From positions 5,112 through 37,138 of the forward strand of contig JBBAVQ010000002.1 of NCBI GenBank assembly GCA_040397625.1: DNA of 32,027 nt, read 5' to 3'. The DNA comes from Pirellulales bacterium (GTDB lineage: Bacteria > Planctomycetota > Planctomycetia > Pirellulales > UBA1268). The position numbers and the translations under genes were made by a program. The notes under the pieces are model-generated. The model was given only the letters and a program-made list of their open reading frames with translations. It was not told the origin of the DNA and did not search any database. Of the stretch, positions 24,497-32,027 are shown piece after piece (within the stretch, counting starts at the first letter, position 1; each line of letters opens with the position of its first letter).

Positions 24497-24862
24497 GCCA
24501 ATCCCTTGGCAGAAGAGTCGAATCGGGAGAAGCCCGGGAACCCAGGCGGCCCATTTTCTAGCGAACGGCGAGCCGCCGAACCATCCCAAAACCCCCAGCG
24601 TTCGTGCCGGATGGGTCGACGAGCGTCTTGCCTGACCGCGGCGCAGCAAACCCCACTGGCCGTGAAGCCGCGGGCCGACCAGGCTGACCACGACGACGGG
24701 TGGTGGTTCACCCCACGCCTCATGGCGTTGGGCTTGCGGGCGCACTGGAGGTCGCACAGGCTCCACTGTGGTGACTCGCGTGGCATCCGACATCCGCTCC
24801 CCGCCGCAGCATCTCGCCGGACGCGAGACGTTTTTCCCCGCCGACCCCAGGAGACATCTCCG

Positions 24863-25327
24863 ATGACCCTCACGCCTGACGCATTTTTTCAGATCACCAA
24901 TACCGTCGCCCTGGGCGCCTGGGTGACGCTGGTGCTCCTGCCCGCAAAGCGGTGGGTGTCGCACGTTCTCTGCGGCATCCTCGTGCCGGCCGCTCTCGCC
25001 TGCGGCTATGCCGCCGTGATCGGTTGGAAGCTCACGCAAGACGGCCCGCCCCCTGGCGACCTCTCCACGCTCGGCGGCCTGAAGGGCATGTTCGCCGACG
25101 ACTGGGTGTTCGCGGCGGCCTGGGCCCACTACCTCGTGTTCGACATGGTGGTCGGGGCCTGGATCGCCCGCGACGCCATCCGCCTCGGCCTCCCCTGGCC
25201 GCTGCGGACGATCGCGCTGCTCCTCACCTTCCTGCTCGGACCGGTGGGATTTCTGCTCCACGTGATCACACGATTCGCCCTGCGGCAGGCGGTGGCGACC
25301 GACGACCTCGCAGCCACGACCACATAG
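24863..25327 (+). CDS. DUF4281 (ABA4-like) small membrane protein
   Basis: An AGGAGA lies 8 nt upstream of the ATG at 24863. The 154-aa protein contains 'FQITNTVALGAWVTLVLLPAKRW' and 'AAWAHYLVFDMVVGAWIARDA...LLLTFLLGPVGFLLH', which match the conserved DUF4281 pattern (W.HYLAFDLFVG.W...D; LLTF.FGP.G.LLY). Confidence 0.8.
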   Translation: MTLTPDAFFQITNTVALGAWVTLVLLPAKRWVSHVLCGILVPAALACGYAAVIGWKLTQDGPPPGDLSTLGGLKGMFADDWVFAAAWAHYLVFDMVVGAWIARDAIRLGLPWPLRTIALLLTFLLGPVGFLLHVITRFALRQAVATDDLAATTT

Positions 25328-26195
25328 CTGCAGCGACGGGCACGACGAGGCCGGCGAGCGCCATGACGAGCACCGCCGCCGTGGCGGGCACGACATCGAA
25401 CCGCGGCCGGCCAAGCACCGTCTGCGCGAGTGCGTAGGCGAGCAGGAGCATCGAGCCGACGCTCGCCATGGCCACGAGCCAAAAGCGGACGGGCTCGGCG
25501 ATCCCCGCCCGCCGCGCGAGCCAGGCCAGCGCCGGCAGCCACTGCACCGCGTGGATCACGACCCCGTGCGGGAACTTCGGCACGCCGGCCGCCCCGAGCC
25601 TCGTCGGGTCGAGCCCCTGATCGAGCCTCGCCTCCCCGTGTATGCCCACCCAGATCCCAAGCAGGCACGACACCACCAGCAGCACCATGCCGGCCCGGGC
25701 CGCCAGGAGCATGTCGGCGGCGACGGCCGGCCTCTGCAGAACGCGCTGTCGCGTCAGAATGAGCCGTCGCGTCAGTTCGGCGATCACGAGCGTCACTCCC
25801 ACGATCAGCACTCCCATCGCGTCGAACAGGAAGGAGTCGAGCGGCGTGTCGCGATTGAAGTGACTGCCCACGCCCCGCCAGCGCTGCAGGTCGATCAGCA
25901 ACACTTCGACGAAGAGCGCCCAGCCCGTTGCGGCGGCCAGCGGCACGTCACCCCGCCGCCACGGGAGCATCGACCAGACCCAGCCGAGCGAGATCGCGGT
26001 CAGGCCTCCCGAGATGCCAAACAGGATCGGCTTCCGCCAGGTGACCGGCCCTTCCCACGGGCCGCCGAGCAGGGCCCACACCGGGAGATGGGCGATCCCG
26101 CTGGCCACCATGATGACCCCGAGCACGGCGAGCGGCCGCGCGCGGCGGTCAGCCCACCAGGGATCGGCACGGCTCTCGGGGGCGTTCGCGGTCAT
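25266..26195 (-). CDS. Hypothetical polytopic membrane protein (about 8 predicted helices), family not recognised
   Basis: I chose the start at ATG 26195 ('MTANAPESRADPWWADRRARPLAVLGVIMVASG'). The longer ORF (to 26393) would run antisense through the start of the aldo/keto reductase gene. Hydrophobic helices alternate with Arg-rich loops, and I recognised no catalytic motif. Confidence 0.6.
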   Translation of the reverse strand: MTANAPESRADPWWADRRARPLAVLGVIMVASGIAHLPVWALLGGPWEGPVTWRKPILFGISGGLTAISLGWVWSMLPWRRGDVPLAAATGWALFVEVLLIDLQRWRGVGSHFNRDTPLDSFLFDAMGVLIVGVTLVIAELTRRLILTRQRVLQRPAVAADMLLAARAGMVLLVVSCLLGIWVGIHGEARLDQGLDPTRLGAAGVPKFPHGVVIHAVQWLPALAWLARRAGIAEPVRFWLVAMASVGSMLLLAYALAQTVLGRPRFDVVPATAAVLVMALAGLVVPVAAAMWSWLRGRRSPPPAAGRIV

Positions 26196-26235
26196 GCGGT
26201 GGAAGTGTAGGCGCCAATGCTTCACACTGCCGCTC

Positions 26236-27222
26236 ATGGACGCACGAACCTTCGGACGGACGGGCTGGCAGGTGTCGGAAATCGGCTTCGGCGCCTGGGG
26301 AATCGGCGGCGGGGCCTGGGGCGGTGCCGACGACGCCGAATCGATGGCGGCCCTCCATGCCGCGGTCGATGCCGGCATCACCTTCTTCGACACGGCCGAC
26401 GTCTACGGCGACGGCCGCTCGGAACGGCTGATCAACAGGCTCCGCCACGAGCGATCGGAGCCGTTTCGCGTGGCCACGAAGGCCGGCCGCAGGCTCGCGC
26501 CGCACACGGCCGCTGGCTACACGGCGGGGAACATCGCGGCCTTCGTCGATCGCAGCCTCGCGAATCTCGGCGTCGAACGAATCGATCTCCTCCAGCTGCA
26601 CTGTCCACCGACCGAGGTCTACTACAGGCCCGAGGTCTTCTCCGCCCTCGACGACCTGGTTGCCGCGGGCAAGATCGCCTACTACGGGGTGAGCGTGGAG
26701 AAGGTGGAGGAGGCGCTCAAGGCGATCGAGTATCCGAACGTCCAGAGCGTGCAGATCATCTTCAACGCCTTCCGGCTGAGGCCCACCGAACTCTTCTTCG
26801 AGCAGGCCCTGAGGCGGCGGGTGGCGGTGATCGCCCGAGTACCACTTGCCAGCGGGATGCTCTCAGGCTGCCTCACTCGCGACACGACGTTTCCCGACGA
26901 CGACCACCGCACGTTCAACCGCGAGGGTGCGGCGTTCGACAGGGGCGAGACCTTTTCGGGCGTGCCCTACGACACCGCCCTCGCGGCGGTCGAGCGACTG
27001 AAGCCCTTCGTGCCGGCAGGATCGACGCTCGCGCAGTTCGCCCTCCGCTGGATTCTCGCCTTCGAGGCGGTGACCTGCGTGATCCCCGGAGCTCGCGGGG
27101 CCGCCCGCGTGATCGAGAACGCCAAAGCCGCCGACCTGCCGTCTCCGGCTCCCGCCACGATGGAGGCCGTGCAGGAGGTCTACGACTCGCTCGTCCGGCC
27201 GCTCGTCCATCACCGGTGGTAG
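26236..27222 (+). CDS. Aldo/keto reductase family oxidoreductase
   Basis: The start 'MDARTFGRTGWQVSEIGFGAWGIGG...MAALHAAVDAGITFFDTADVYGDGRSERL' is the canonical AKR N-terminus. Later blocks are 'IDLLQLHCP', 'GKIAYYGVS' and 'ALRWILAFEAVTCVIPGAR'. Confidence 0.9.
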   Translation: MDARTFGRTGWQVSEIGFGAWGIGGGAWGGADDAESMAALHAAVDAGITFFDTADVYGDGRSERLINRLRHERSEPFRVATKAGRRLAPHTAAGYTAGNIAAFVDRSLANLGVERIDLLQLHCPPTEVYYRPEVFSALDDLVAAGKIAYYGVSVEKVEEALKAIEYPNVQSVQIIFNAFRLRPTELFFEQALRRRVAVIARVPLASGMLSGCLTRDTTFPDDDHRTFNREGAAFDRGETFSGVPYDTALAAVERLKPFVPAGSTLAQFALRWILAFEAVTCVIPGARGAARVIENAKAADLPSPAPATMEAVQEVYDSLVRPLVHHRW

Positions 27223-27224
27223 CC

Positions 27225-28556
27225 ATGCTGGCGATGGCTGACACCGCCGCCATGATCGATGCCGATCTGCTCGTGATCGGCGCCGGCGCCGCTGGGCTGT
27301 TCGCCGCCACGTGGGCCGGCCGCACGGCGGCGGCCGCCGGACGGCCGCTGGCGATCGTCGCCGTCGATGGAGCGAGGAAGATCGGCGCGAAGATCCTCGT
27401 GGCGGGCGGGGGGCGGTGCAACGTCACGCACCACGCGGTCACTGAGATCGACTACGCCGGCGGCACACCCCCGGCGATCCGCAAGGTGCTTCGGCGGTTC
27501 ACCGTCGCCGACACGGTGCGGTTCTTCGCGGACCAGGAGGTCGAGTTCTACCGCGAAGCAGACACCGGCAAACTGTTCCCCGTCACCGACTCGTCCCGGA
27601 CGATCCTCGACGCGCTCGTTCGTGCGGCGAACGCCGTGGGGGTGCGACTCGTGCATCCAGCCCGCGTCATCGGGATCGATCGCACCGAGGCTGGATTCGT
27701 GACCACCACGACCGCCGGCACCATTCATGCACGGCGGGTGATCCTCTGCACGGGCGGAAAATCACTCCCCAAGTCCGGCTCCGATGGCGGCGGCTTCGAT
27801 CTCGCGAGGTCGCTCGGTCACTCGCTCACCGTCCCGATCGTGCCGGCGCTCGTGCCACTGATGCTTCCCGCCGGACACTGGATCACGTCGCTGTCGGGCC
27901 TGGCGCTCCCCGCCACGCTCGTGCTCCGCTCCGGCTCCGGCAAGCGGCTCCACGCTGCCACCGGCAGCACGCTGTGCACGCACGTCGGCCTGTCGGGGCC
28001 CGCGGTCCTCGACATCAGCCGCCACTGGCTCGTCGCCCGCCACGCCGACCCTGCAGCGACGCTCTCGATCAACTGGCTGCCAGACCAGTCGGCCGAGTCG
28101 ATCGACCAGCTGCTCCTGGACGGCCAGCGGCGCGGCCCGCTGCCTGTGCTCCGCGAGCGGCTCACCGACCGGCTTGCCCGCCACCTCTGCGAGCAGGCCG
28201 GCGCGGCGATCTCCGGCGACCTCACCCGCGACGCGCGGCGGTCACTCGCCGCCCTCGTCACGGCCACGCCGCTACCGATCGTGGGCGACCGCGGCTTCGC
28301 CGTCGCCGAGGCGACCGCCGGCGGCGTCCCGCTCACGGAGGTCCGCCTGGAGACGATGGAGAGCCGCTGTTGCCCGGGCCTGCACTTCGCCGGCGAGGTG
28401 CTCGACGTCGATGGCCGCATCGGCGGCTTCAACTTCCAATGGGCATGGGCCAGCGGCTACGTGGCCGGGGAGTCCGCGGCGATGGCCGCCCTGCGGTCGA
28501 CGGCAGCGGGCCCGACCGGCCCGGAGACGGCTGGCGCCGACTCGAGGATCTCGTAG
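27225..28556 (+). CDS. HI0933/BaiN-like NAD(P)/FAD-dependent oxidoreductase
   Basis: The ATG lies 2 bp after the AKR stop. The dinucleotide fold is 'DLLVIGAGAAGLFAA'. Family signatures are 'KILVAGGGRCNVTH', 'LCTGGKSLPKSGSDGGGFDLA' and 'FAGEVLDVDGRIGGFNFQWAWASGYVAG'. Confidence 0.85.
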   Translation: MLAMADTAAMIDADLLVIGAGAAGLFAATWAGRTAAAAGRPLAIVAVDGARKIGAKILVAGGGRCNVTHHAVTEIDYAGGTPPAIRKVLRRFTVADTVRFFADQEVEFYREADTGKLFPVTDSSRTILDALVRAANAVGVRLVHPARVIGIDRTEAGFVTTTTAGTIHARRVILCTGGKSLPKSGSDGGGFDLARSLGHSLTVPIVPALVPLMLPAGHWITSLSGLALPATLVLRSGSGKRLHAATGSTLCTHVGLSGPAVLDISRHWLVARHADPAATLSINWLPDQSAESIDQLLLDGQRRGPLPVLRERLTDRLARHLCEQAGAAISGDLTRDARRSLAALVTATPLPIVGDRGFAVAEATAGGVPLTEVRLETMESRCCPGLHFAGEVLDVDGRIGGFNFQWAWASGYVAGESAAMAALRSTAAGPTGPETAGADSRIS

Positions 28557-29701
28557 CGATAGGAACCACGCGTCAGGTCGATCGTGCGCCGGCCATGCGT
28601 CGTTCGCGTTAGTAGCAGGCAACTCACGGCCGCCTCGACGTCTTCATAGGGAATATCGGCCGCATCGGCGCGGCCCAGCGGCCAGCGAAACCCGTCGGCC
28701 GCCCCGCACGCCGTCAGGATCTGCTCGGTGAGGGTCGGCGACACGCGGGCCGAGCGGAGCACAATCGACTCGGTCTGCCACGGCGACCAGCGGTTCGGGT
28801 CGGTCGGGCCCACGATCACGACGGCGGGCACGCCGACCGACGATGAGAGGTGGATGAGCCCAGTGTCGACGCCGACGCAGAGATCCATTTTCTCGGCGAG
28901 CGCCGCGGCATCGGCCAGCGGCACCCGCTCCGAGAGGTCATGCACGTGCGAGGCCACGTCCGGACCGACGGCCTCGCGAAGGGCGTCGTGGGCCGCCACA
29001 TCGGCCAATCCGCCGCAGAGCACGACCTCGCAGCCTCTCGAGTCGACGAGCCAGCGGATGAGCCGCTGCCAACGGTCGGCCGGCCAGTGCTTGAGCACGT
29101 CGGTCGACCGCACGGCGAGGAAGATCCGGTGCCGGCCGGCCGGCAGCCGGTCGACGAGCGGGCCGATGCGGGCGGCCGACGCCGACGGCACCCAGTTCTC
29201 GTTGCGGGCATCATCAATCGACAGCCCCTCGGCACGCAGCAGATCGAGGTAGGTCTCCACCTGATGCCGGCCGCGACGCCGCCGGACCCGACGGGTGAGC
29301 AGCGGGCTCGACTCGCCCGCAAACCCGATCCGACAGGGAATCCCGGCCAGTTTCGCGAGCGCGGCAGCCGAGAACGACGGCTTGAGCAGATAGGCCCGCG
29401 TGTAGCCGCGGGACTTGAGCCAGGCGGCCTGCGCCCGGAGGGCGGCAAACATCGAGACGACTCCCCCGCGGCGCTCACGCGGCGGCCGGCTCCAGGTCAC
29501 ACGGTCGTCGATGTAGGGACAGTTCGCGAGCACCGCCCGCGGCCCCCCTTCGGCACAGACGTCGATCACGGCGGCAGGGTGGGCCAGCCGGAGGTTGCGG
29601 AGGAAGGGCACGGCCAGGAGCGTGTCGCCGATGTACTGCGTGCAAACGACGAGGATCCGCTCGCGCGACCGCGCCGGCTGATCCGGTCGCCGCGTGATCA
29701 T
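28457..29701 (-). CDS. Glycosyltransferase family 9 (heptosyltransferase-like) protein
   Basis: The start 'MITRRP...RILVVCTQYIGDTLLAVPFLRNLRLAHP' is the typical GT9 N-terminus. Later blocks are 'KHWPADRWQRLIRWL', 'VVLCGG' and 'DLCVGVDTGLIHLSSSVGVPAVVIVGPTDP'. Its ATG overlaps the bamA stop (ATGA). Confidence 0.85.
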   Translation of the reverse strand: MITRRPDQPARSRERILVVCTQYIGDTLLAVPFLRNLRLAHPAAVIDVCAEGGPRAVLANCPYIDDRVTWSRPPRERRGGVVSMFAALRAQAAWLKSRGYTRAYLLKPSFSAAALAKLAGIPCRIGFAGESSPLLTRRVRRRRGRHQVETYLDLLRAEGLSIDDARNENWVPSASAARIGPLVDRLPAGRHRIFLAVRSTDVLKHWPADRWQRLIRWLVDSRGCEVVLCGGLADVAAHDALREAVGPDVASHVHDLSERVPLADAAALAEKMDLCVGVDTGLIHLSSSVGVPAVVIVGPTDPNRWSPWQTESIVLRSARVSPTLTEQILTACGAADGFRWPLGRADAADIPYEDVEAAVSCLLLTRTTHGRRTIDLTRGSYRYEILESAPAVSGPVGPAAVDRRAAIAADSPAT

Positions 29702-32027
29702 CGCGCGAAGCCCACGAAGAAGCTGAACAGCTGCTTGCTGTCGTAGGGGGCGTAGGCCACCGGGACGGCGAAGTCGAGCGCGATCGGGGCCGGCCCCATC
29801 GCCGGCAGCGTGATTCGCAGACCCACGCCCGGCGCCACGCGCATGTTGTTGATGGAGACGTTCGACTCGACCGTACCGACGTCGGTGAAGACCACGCCGC
29901 GGAGCGTGTCGTCGGCGGTGATCGGGAACATGTATTCGATCGTGTTGAGCCACTCGAACGGGCCGCCGATGATCGCCGCAGCCTGGCCCGCCGACGGCTC
30001 GGTGCCGGCGGGTGTCTGCCGCGGGCTCGCACCGCGAAACACGAAACCACGAATCGTGTTGTAGCCGCCCGCGAAGAAGTTGTCGTAGGCGGGCGTGTTG
30101 GAACCCGACACGCCGAGCACCGAACCGATCGAGAGCACGTGGCGGCCGGAGCCGTCGGGCCGCTCGTTGAGCAGGAAGTACTGCCGCGCCTCGGCGATGC
30201 CGCGGGGATAGACGAACGTGCCGATCACCTGCTCGAACTCGAACGTGGCGAGATGTCCCTGCGTGGGCAGGAACGGGCTGTCGCGCGTGTCGTGAACGAG
30301 CCCCGCACTGAACCCGTAGACGGAGTTGGTGCCAAGCATGTCGTTGATGGCGGGCGTGAGGATCCGCGGGTTGAAGACGTCCACGCTCTCGCCGCGGAAC
30401 CCGGTGTTCACGGAGAGGTCGGGGGCGAACTGGAACTGGTAGCCCAGCCCGATGCGGCCGCCGGTGCGGGCCTCGGCCCAGTCGTAGAAGTAGCGGGTGT
30501 AGTAGGAGGCCGAGAGCGAAAGGCCGATCCGCGTGTCGAAGAGATACGGTTCCTGGAACGTGGCCATGTACCGCTGCAGCTGCGTGCCCGGCGCGGCCTC
30601 GAGGCGGAACCGCTGACCGGCGCCGCGGAAGGCGGTGCCGTTCTTGATGTCGTCCCAACTGCGGGGCAGGCGGAGGATGTCGAAGTTCTGCTCATCGACC
30701 ACGATGTTGCCGACGAGGCCGGCGTTGGAGTTGACGCCGGCACCGATCATCAGTCGGCCGGTCTGCGTCTCTTCGGCGTCAACGTCGACGATCACGTAGG
30801 GCTCGTTGCCCGGAAACACCTGCATCGGGTCGGCGGCAAAGTCGGGCACCATGCCCGGCTGCTGGAAGGCGGGGGGCTGGTTGGGGTCGAACTGTGCCAC
30901 CGGCGTGGCGCCGAAGGGACCGCCGCCGGCGACGGCCGGCTGGAGGATCGGCTGCTGGCCAGGAGGGATCGCGCCGGGGAAGCCAGGGGCCACCTGCTGC
31001 TGCACGGTGTAGACGGGGGCGGCCGGCGCGACCATCCGCGAGTAGTCGATGGCCGTGGGAGCCGCCGGCGCCAGCGGCGCACCACCCCAGCCGGGCTGGG
31101 CCACCGGCTGGGCGGCGGCCGGCCAGCCCTGCGGGGGCTGCTGAACCACCGGCACCTGAAACGAACCCTGCTGCTGGACGGCCGGCTGGCCGACGAACGG
31201 CTGCTGGGGAACGGCGACCGGGTATGCGGGGCTCTGGCCACGCCACACCGGCTGCGCCGCCGTGGCCGGCGCCGCCGCGGGCGCGTCGGCTGGCTCCTGG
31301 CCACCGTCGGCCGACTGCACGGCATCGTTGTTCCACTCGCCCTCGAGCACGAGATCGAGCACGGCGGCATCGTCGCCGTCAGGGCTCTGGCCGCGGAATC
31401 CTGGCGGCCGCGCGGGCTCGGGCTCGCGGGCGACGCGGGTGTCGTCCTTCTCGGGCTTCGAAAACACGATCTTGGGCCCCTCGCCCTTCGACGCATCGGC
31501 GAGGAACAGGCTGCTCGACTTCAGCCGCCGCTCGTCGTCGCGGAGCTTGCGGATGTCGAGAATGTCGCCGGGCCGCAACGAGAGCCGGTTGAGCACGGTG
31601 CTGTGCCGCGTGTGCGGATGATCGCCGCGGATGCGGATGTTGATCTGGCCGACGCGATACCGCTGCCCCTCGGAGACGTTGTAGACGAGGTCGAGCTGCC
31701 CCGGCTCCTCGAGGAACCGTGGATCGGCGCGGATGTCGGCGAACACGAACCCCCGTCCGCCATAGATGTCGCGGATCAGGTTGAGATCGGCATCCATCTT
31801 CGACTGGTTGAAGTGCTCGCCTCCCTTGAGCTTGAGATCCCGCTCGAGGAACTCGTTGCGAAACTTCGTGTTGCCCACGAAGGAGACGTTGCGGACGGTG
31901 TACCGCGGCCCCTCGTTGATCACGAACGTGAGGTGCGTCCAGTCGCGGTTGCCCTCGTGCACCACCTCCACTTCGCGGCCCACCTTGGCCTGGAAGAAGC
32001 CGAGGCTTCGGTAGTAGGCGGTGAGCG
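29698..32027 (-). CDS. bamA: Outer membrane protein assembly factor BamA (Omp85 family), 5'-truncated by the window edge, with a Pro/Gln/Ala-rich insertion
   Basis: The frame is open to the window end; the upstream in-frame sequence reads 'LTAYYRSLGFFQAKVGREVEV', which is POTRA-like. POTRA motifs are 'FVINEGPRYTVRNVSFVGN' and 'VYNVSEGQRYRVGQINI'. The C-terminal beta-barrel blocks are 'ETQTGRLMIGAGVNSNAGLVG', 'FFAGGYNTIRGF' and 'RVAPGVGLRITLPAMGPAPIALDFAVP'. Confidence 0.85.
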   Translation of the reverse strand, partial: LTAYYRSLGFFQAKVGREVEVVHEGNRDWTHLTFVINEGPRYTVRNVSFVGNTKFRNEFLERDLKLKGGEHFNQSKMDADLNLIRDIYGGRGFVFADIRADPRFLEEPGQLDLVYNVSEGQRYRVGQINIRIRGDHPHTRHSTVLNRLSLRPGDILDIRKLRDDERRLKSSSLFLADASKGEGPKIVFSKPEKDDTRVAREPEPARPPGFRGQSPDGDDAAVLDLVLEGEWNNDAVQSADGGQEPADAPAAAPATAAQPVWRGQSPAYPVAVPQQPFVGQPAVQQQGSFQVPVVQQPPQGWPAAAQPVAQPGWGGAPLAPAAPTAIDYSRMVAPAAPVYTVQQQVAPGFPGAIPPGQQPILQPAVAGGGPFGATPVAQFDPNQPPAFQQPGMVPDFAADPMQVFPGNEPYVIVDVDAEETQTGRLMIGAGVNSNAGLVGNIVVDEQNFDILRLPRSWDDIKNGTAFRGAGQRFRLEAAPGTQLQRYMATFQEPYLFDTRIGLSLSASYYTRYFYDWAEARTGGRIGLGYQFQFAPDLSVNTGFRGESVDVFNPRILTPAINDMLGTNSVYGFSAGLVHDTRDSPFLPTQGHLATFEFEQVIGTFVYPRGIAEARQYFLLNERPDGSGRHVLSIGSVLGVSGSNTPAYDNFFAGGYNTIRGFVFRGASPRQTPAGTEPSAGQAAAIIGGPFEWLNTIEYMFPITADDTLRGVVFTDVGTVESNVSINNMRVAPGVGLRITLPAMGPAPIALDFAVPVAYAPYDSKQLFSFFVGFAR

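Noticed and set aside
23477-24862. N-terminal 462 codons of the plus-strand 616-aa ORF (23477-25327)
   Set aside because: This part is antisense to the EEP domain and Arg/Gly/Val-rich. Only the last 154 codons, which begin at an ATG with AGGAGA upstream, match DUF4281.
24497-25414. 5' extension of the 1153-aa minus-strand ORF upstream of the proposed GTG start
   Set aside because: The extension has no signal peptide at its N-terminus and low-complexity basic composition, and from 24863 to 25327 it runs antisense through the DUF4281 gene. An internal GTG with AAGGGA upstream gives a textbook signal peptide directly before the EEP domain.
25266-26195. The unknown polytopic membrane protein as the exosortase for the neighbouring PEP-CTERM protein
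   Set aside because: It is about the right size and helix count, but I could not find the exosortase-type conserved Cys context (a CSG-like motif) or the associated Arg/His signature. Its single Cys sits in 'VVSCLLGIW'. The idea is not supportable from sequence alone.
26014-27224. Upstream extensions of the aldo/keto reductase ORF (26014-26235) and the flavoprotein ORF (26217-27224)
   Set aside because: The family-conserved N-termini begin at 26236 (MDARTFGRTGW...) and 27225 (MLAMADTAAMIDADLLVIGAGAAG...). The extensions overlap neighbouring genes in other frames or strands.
29702-30658. N-terminal 319 codons of minus-strand ORF 28457-30658
   Set aside because: This part is an alternative frame inside the BamA barrel-coding region. 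The GT9 homology begins only at the ATG at 29701.
1-32027. CRISPR arrays, tRNA/rRNA genes, insertion sequences, integrases, prophage or toxin-antitoxin modules, and a compositional island
   Set aside because: I read all intergenic regions (7530-7753, 10919-11027, 12516-12661, 20127-20261, 24497-24862 and 26196-26235). I found no cloverleaf-like sequences, spaced repeats or terminal inverted repeats flanking genes. No ORF shows transposase, integrase or phage motifs. GC content looks uniform apart from short intergenic dips.

Overview
This is a high-GC (about 68-70% by eye) bacterial chromosomal window. Its gene content points to Planctomycetota or a close PVC relative: PSCyt1/DUF1549/DUF1553 cytochrome-like proteins, DUF1501 partners, a PVC-type heme-binding protein, and a PEP-CTERM protein with dockerin-like repeats. 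I can support 16 protein-coding genes and saw no rRNA, tRNA, CRISPR array, transposase or integrase. Layout: (i) 53-7529, minus strand, holds a tightly spaced trio of a giant thioester-less alpha-2-macroglobulin, a DUF202 membrane protein and a DUF480/YceH-like protein. (ii) 7754-21938, plus strand, holds six co-oriented genes: PSCyt/DUF1553 protein A1, DUF1501 protein B1, an SGNH + beta-propeller + HEAT + cytochrome c fusion, a second pair A2 and B2, then an L-lactate permease. (iii) 21953-24496, minus strand, encodes a secreted EEP-fold protein with beta-strand repeats, a dockerin-like module and a PEP-CTERM anchor. (iv) 24863-28556 holds DUF4281, an unknown multi-pass membrane protein, an aldo/keto reductase and an HI0933-type flavoprotein. 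(v) 28457-32027, minus strand, holds 5'-truncated bamA with a large Pro/Gln-rich insertion, joined by an ATGA overlap to a GT9 heptosyltransferase-like gene. The best candidate for an undescribed system is block (ii). It is a duplicated two-gene module, a Sec-exported protein with two CxxCH motifs plus a Tat-exported sulfatase-superfamily-like DUF1501 protein. Each copy carries a different beta-sandwich insert, and the two copies flank a multidomain esterase/cytochrome fusion. The A1-B1 gap is filled almost exactly by a 97-nt nested palindrome. All family assignments come from reading motifs in the supplied translations; no searches were run. The many long Arg/Gly/Pro-rich ORFs on opposite strands are treated as GC-driven shadow ORFs.
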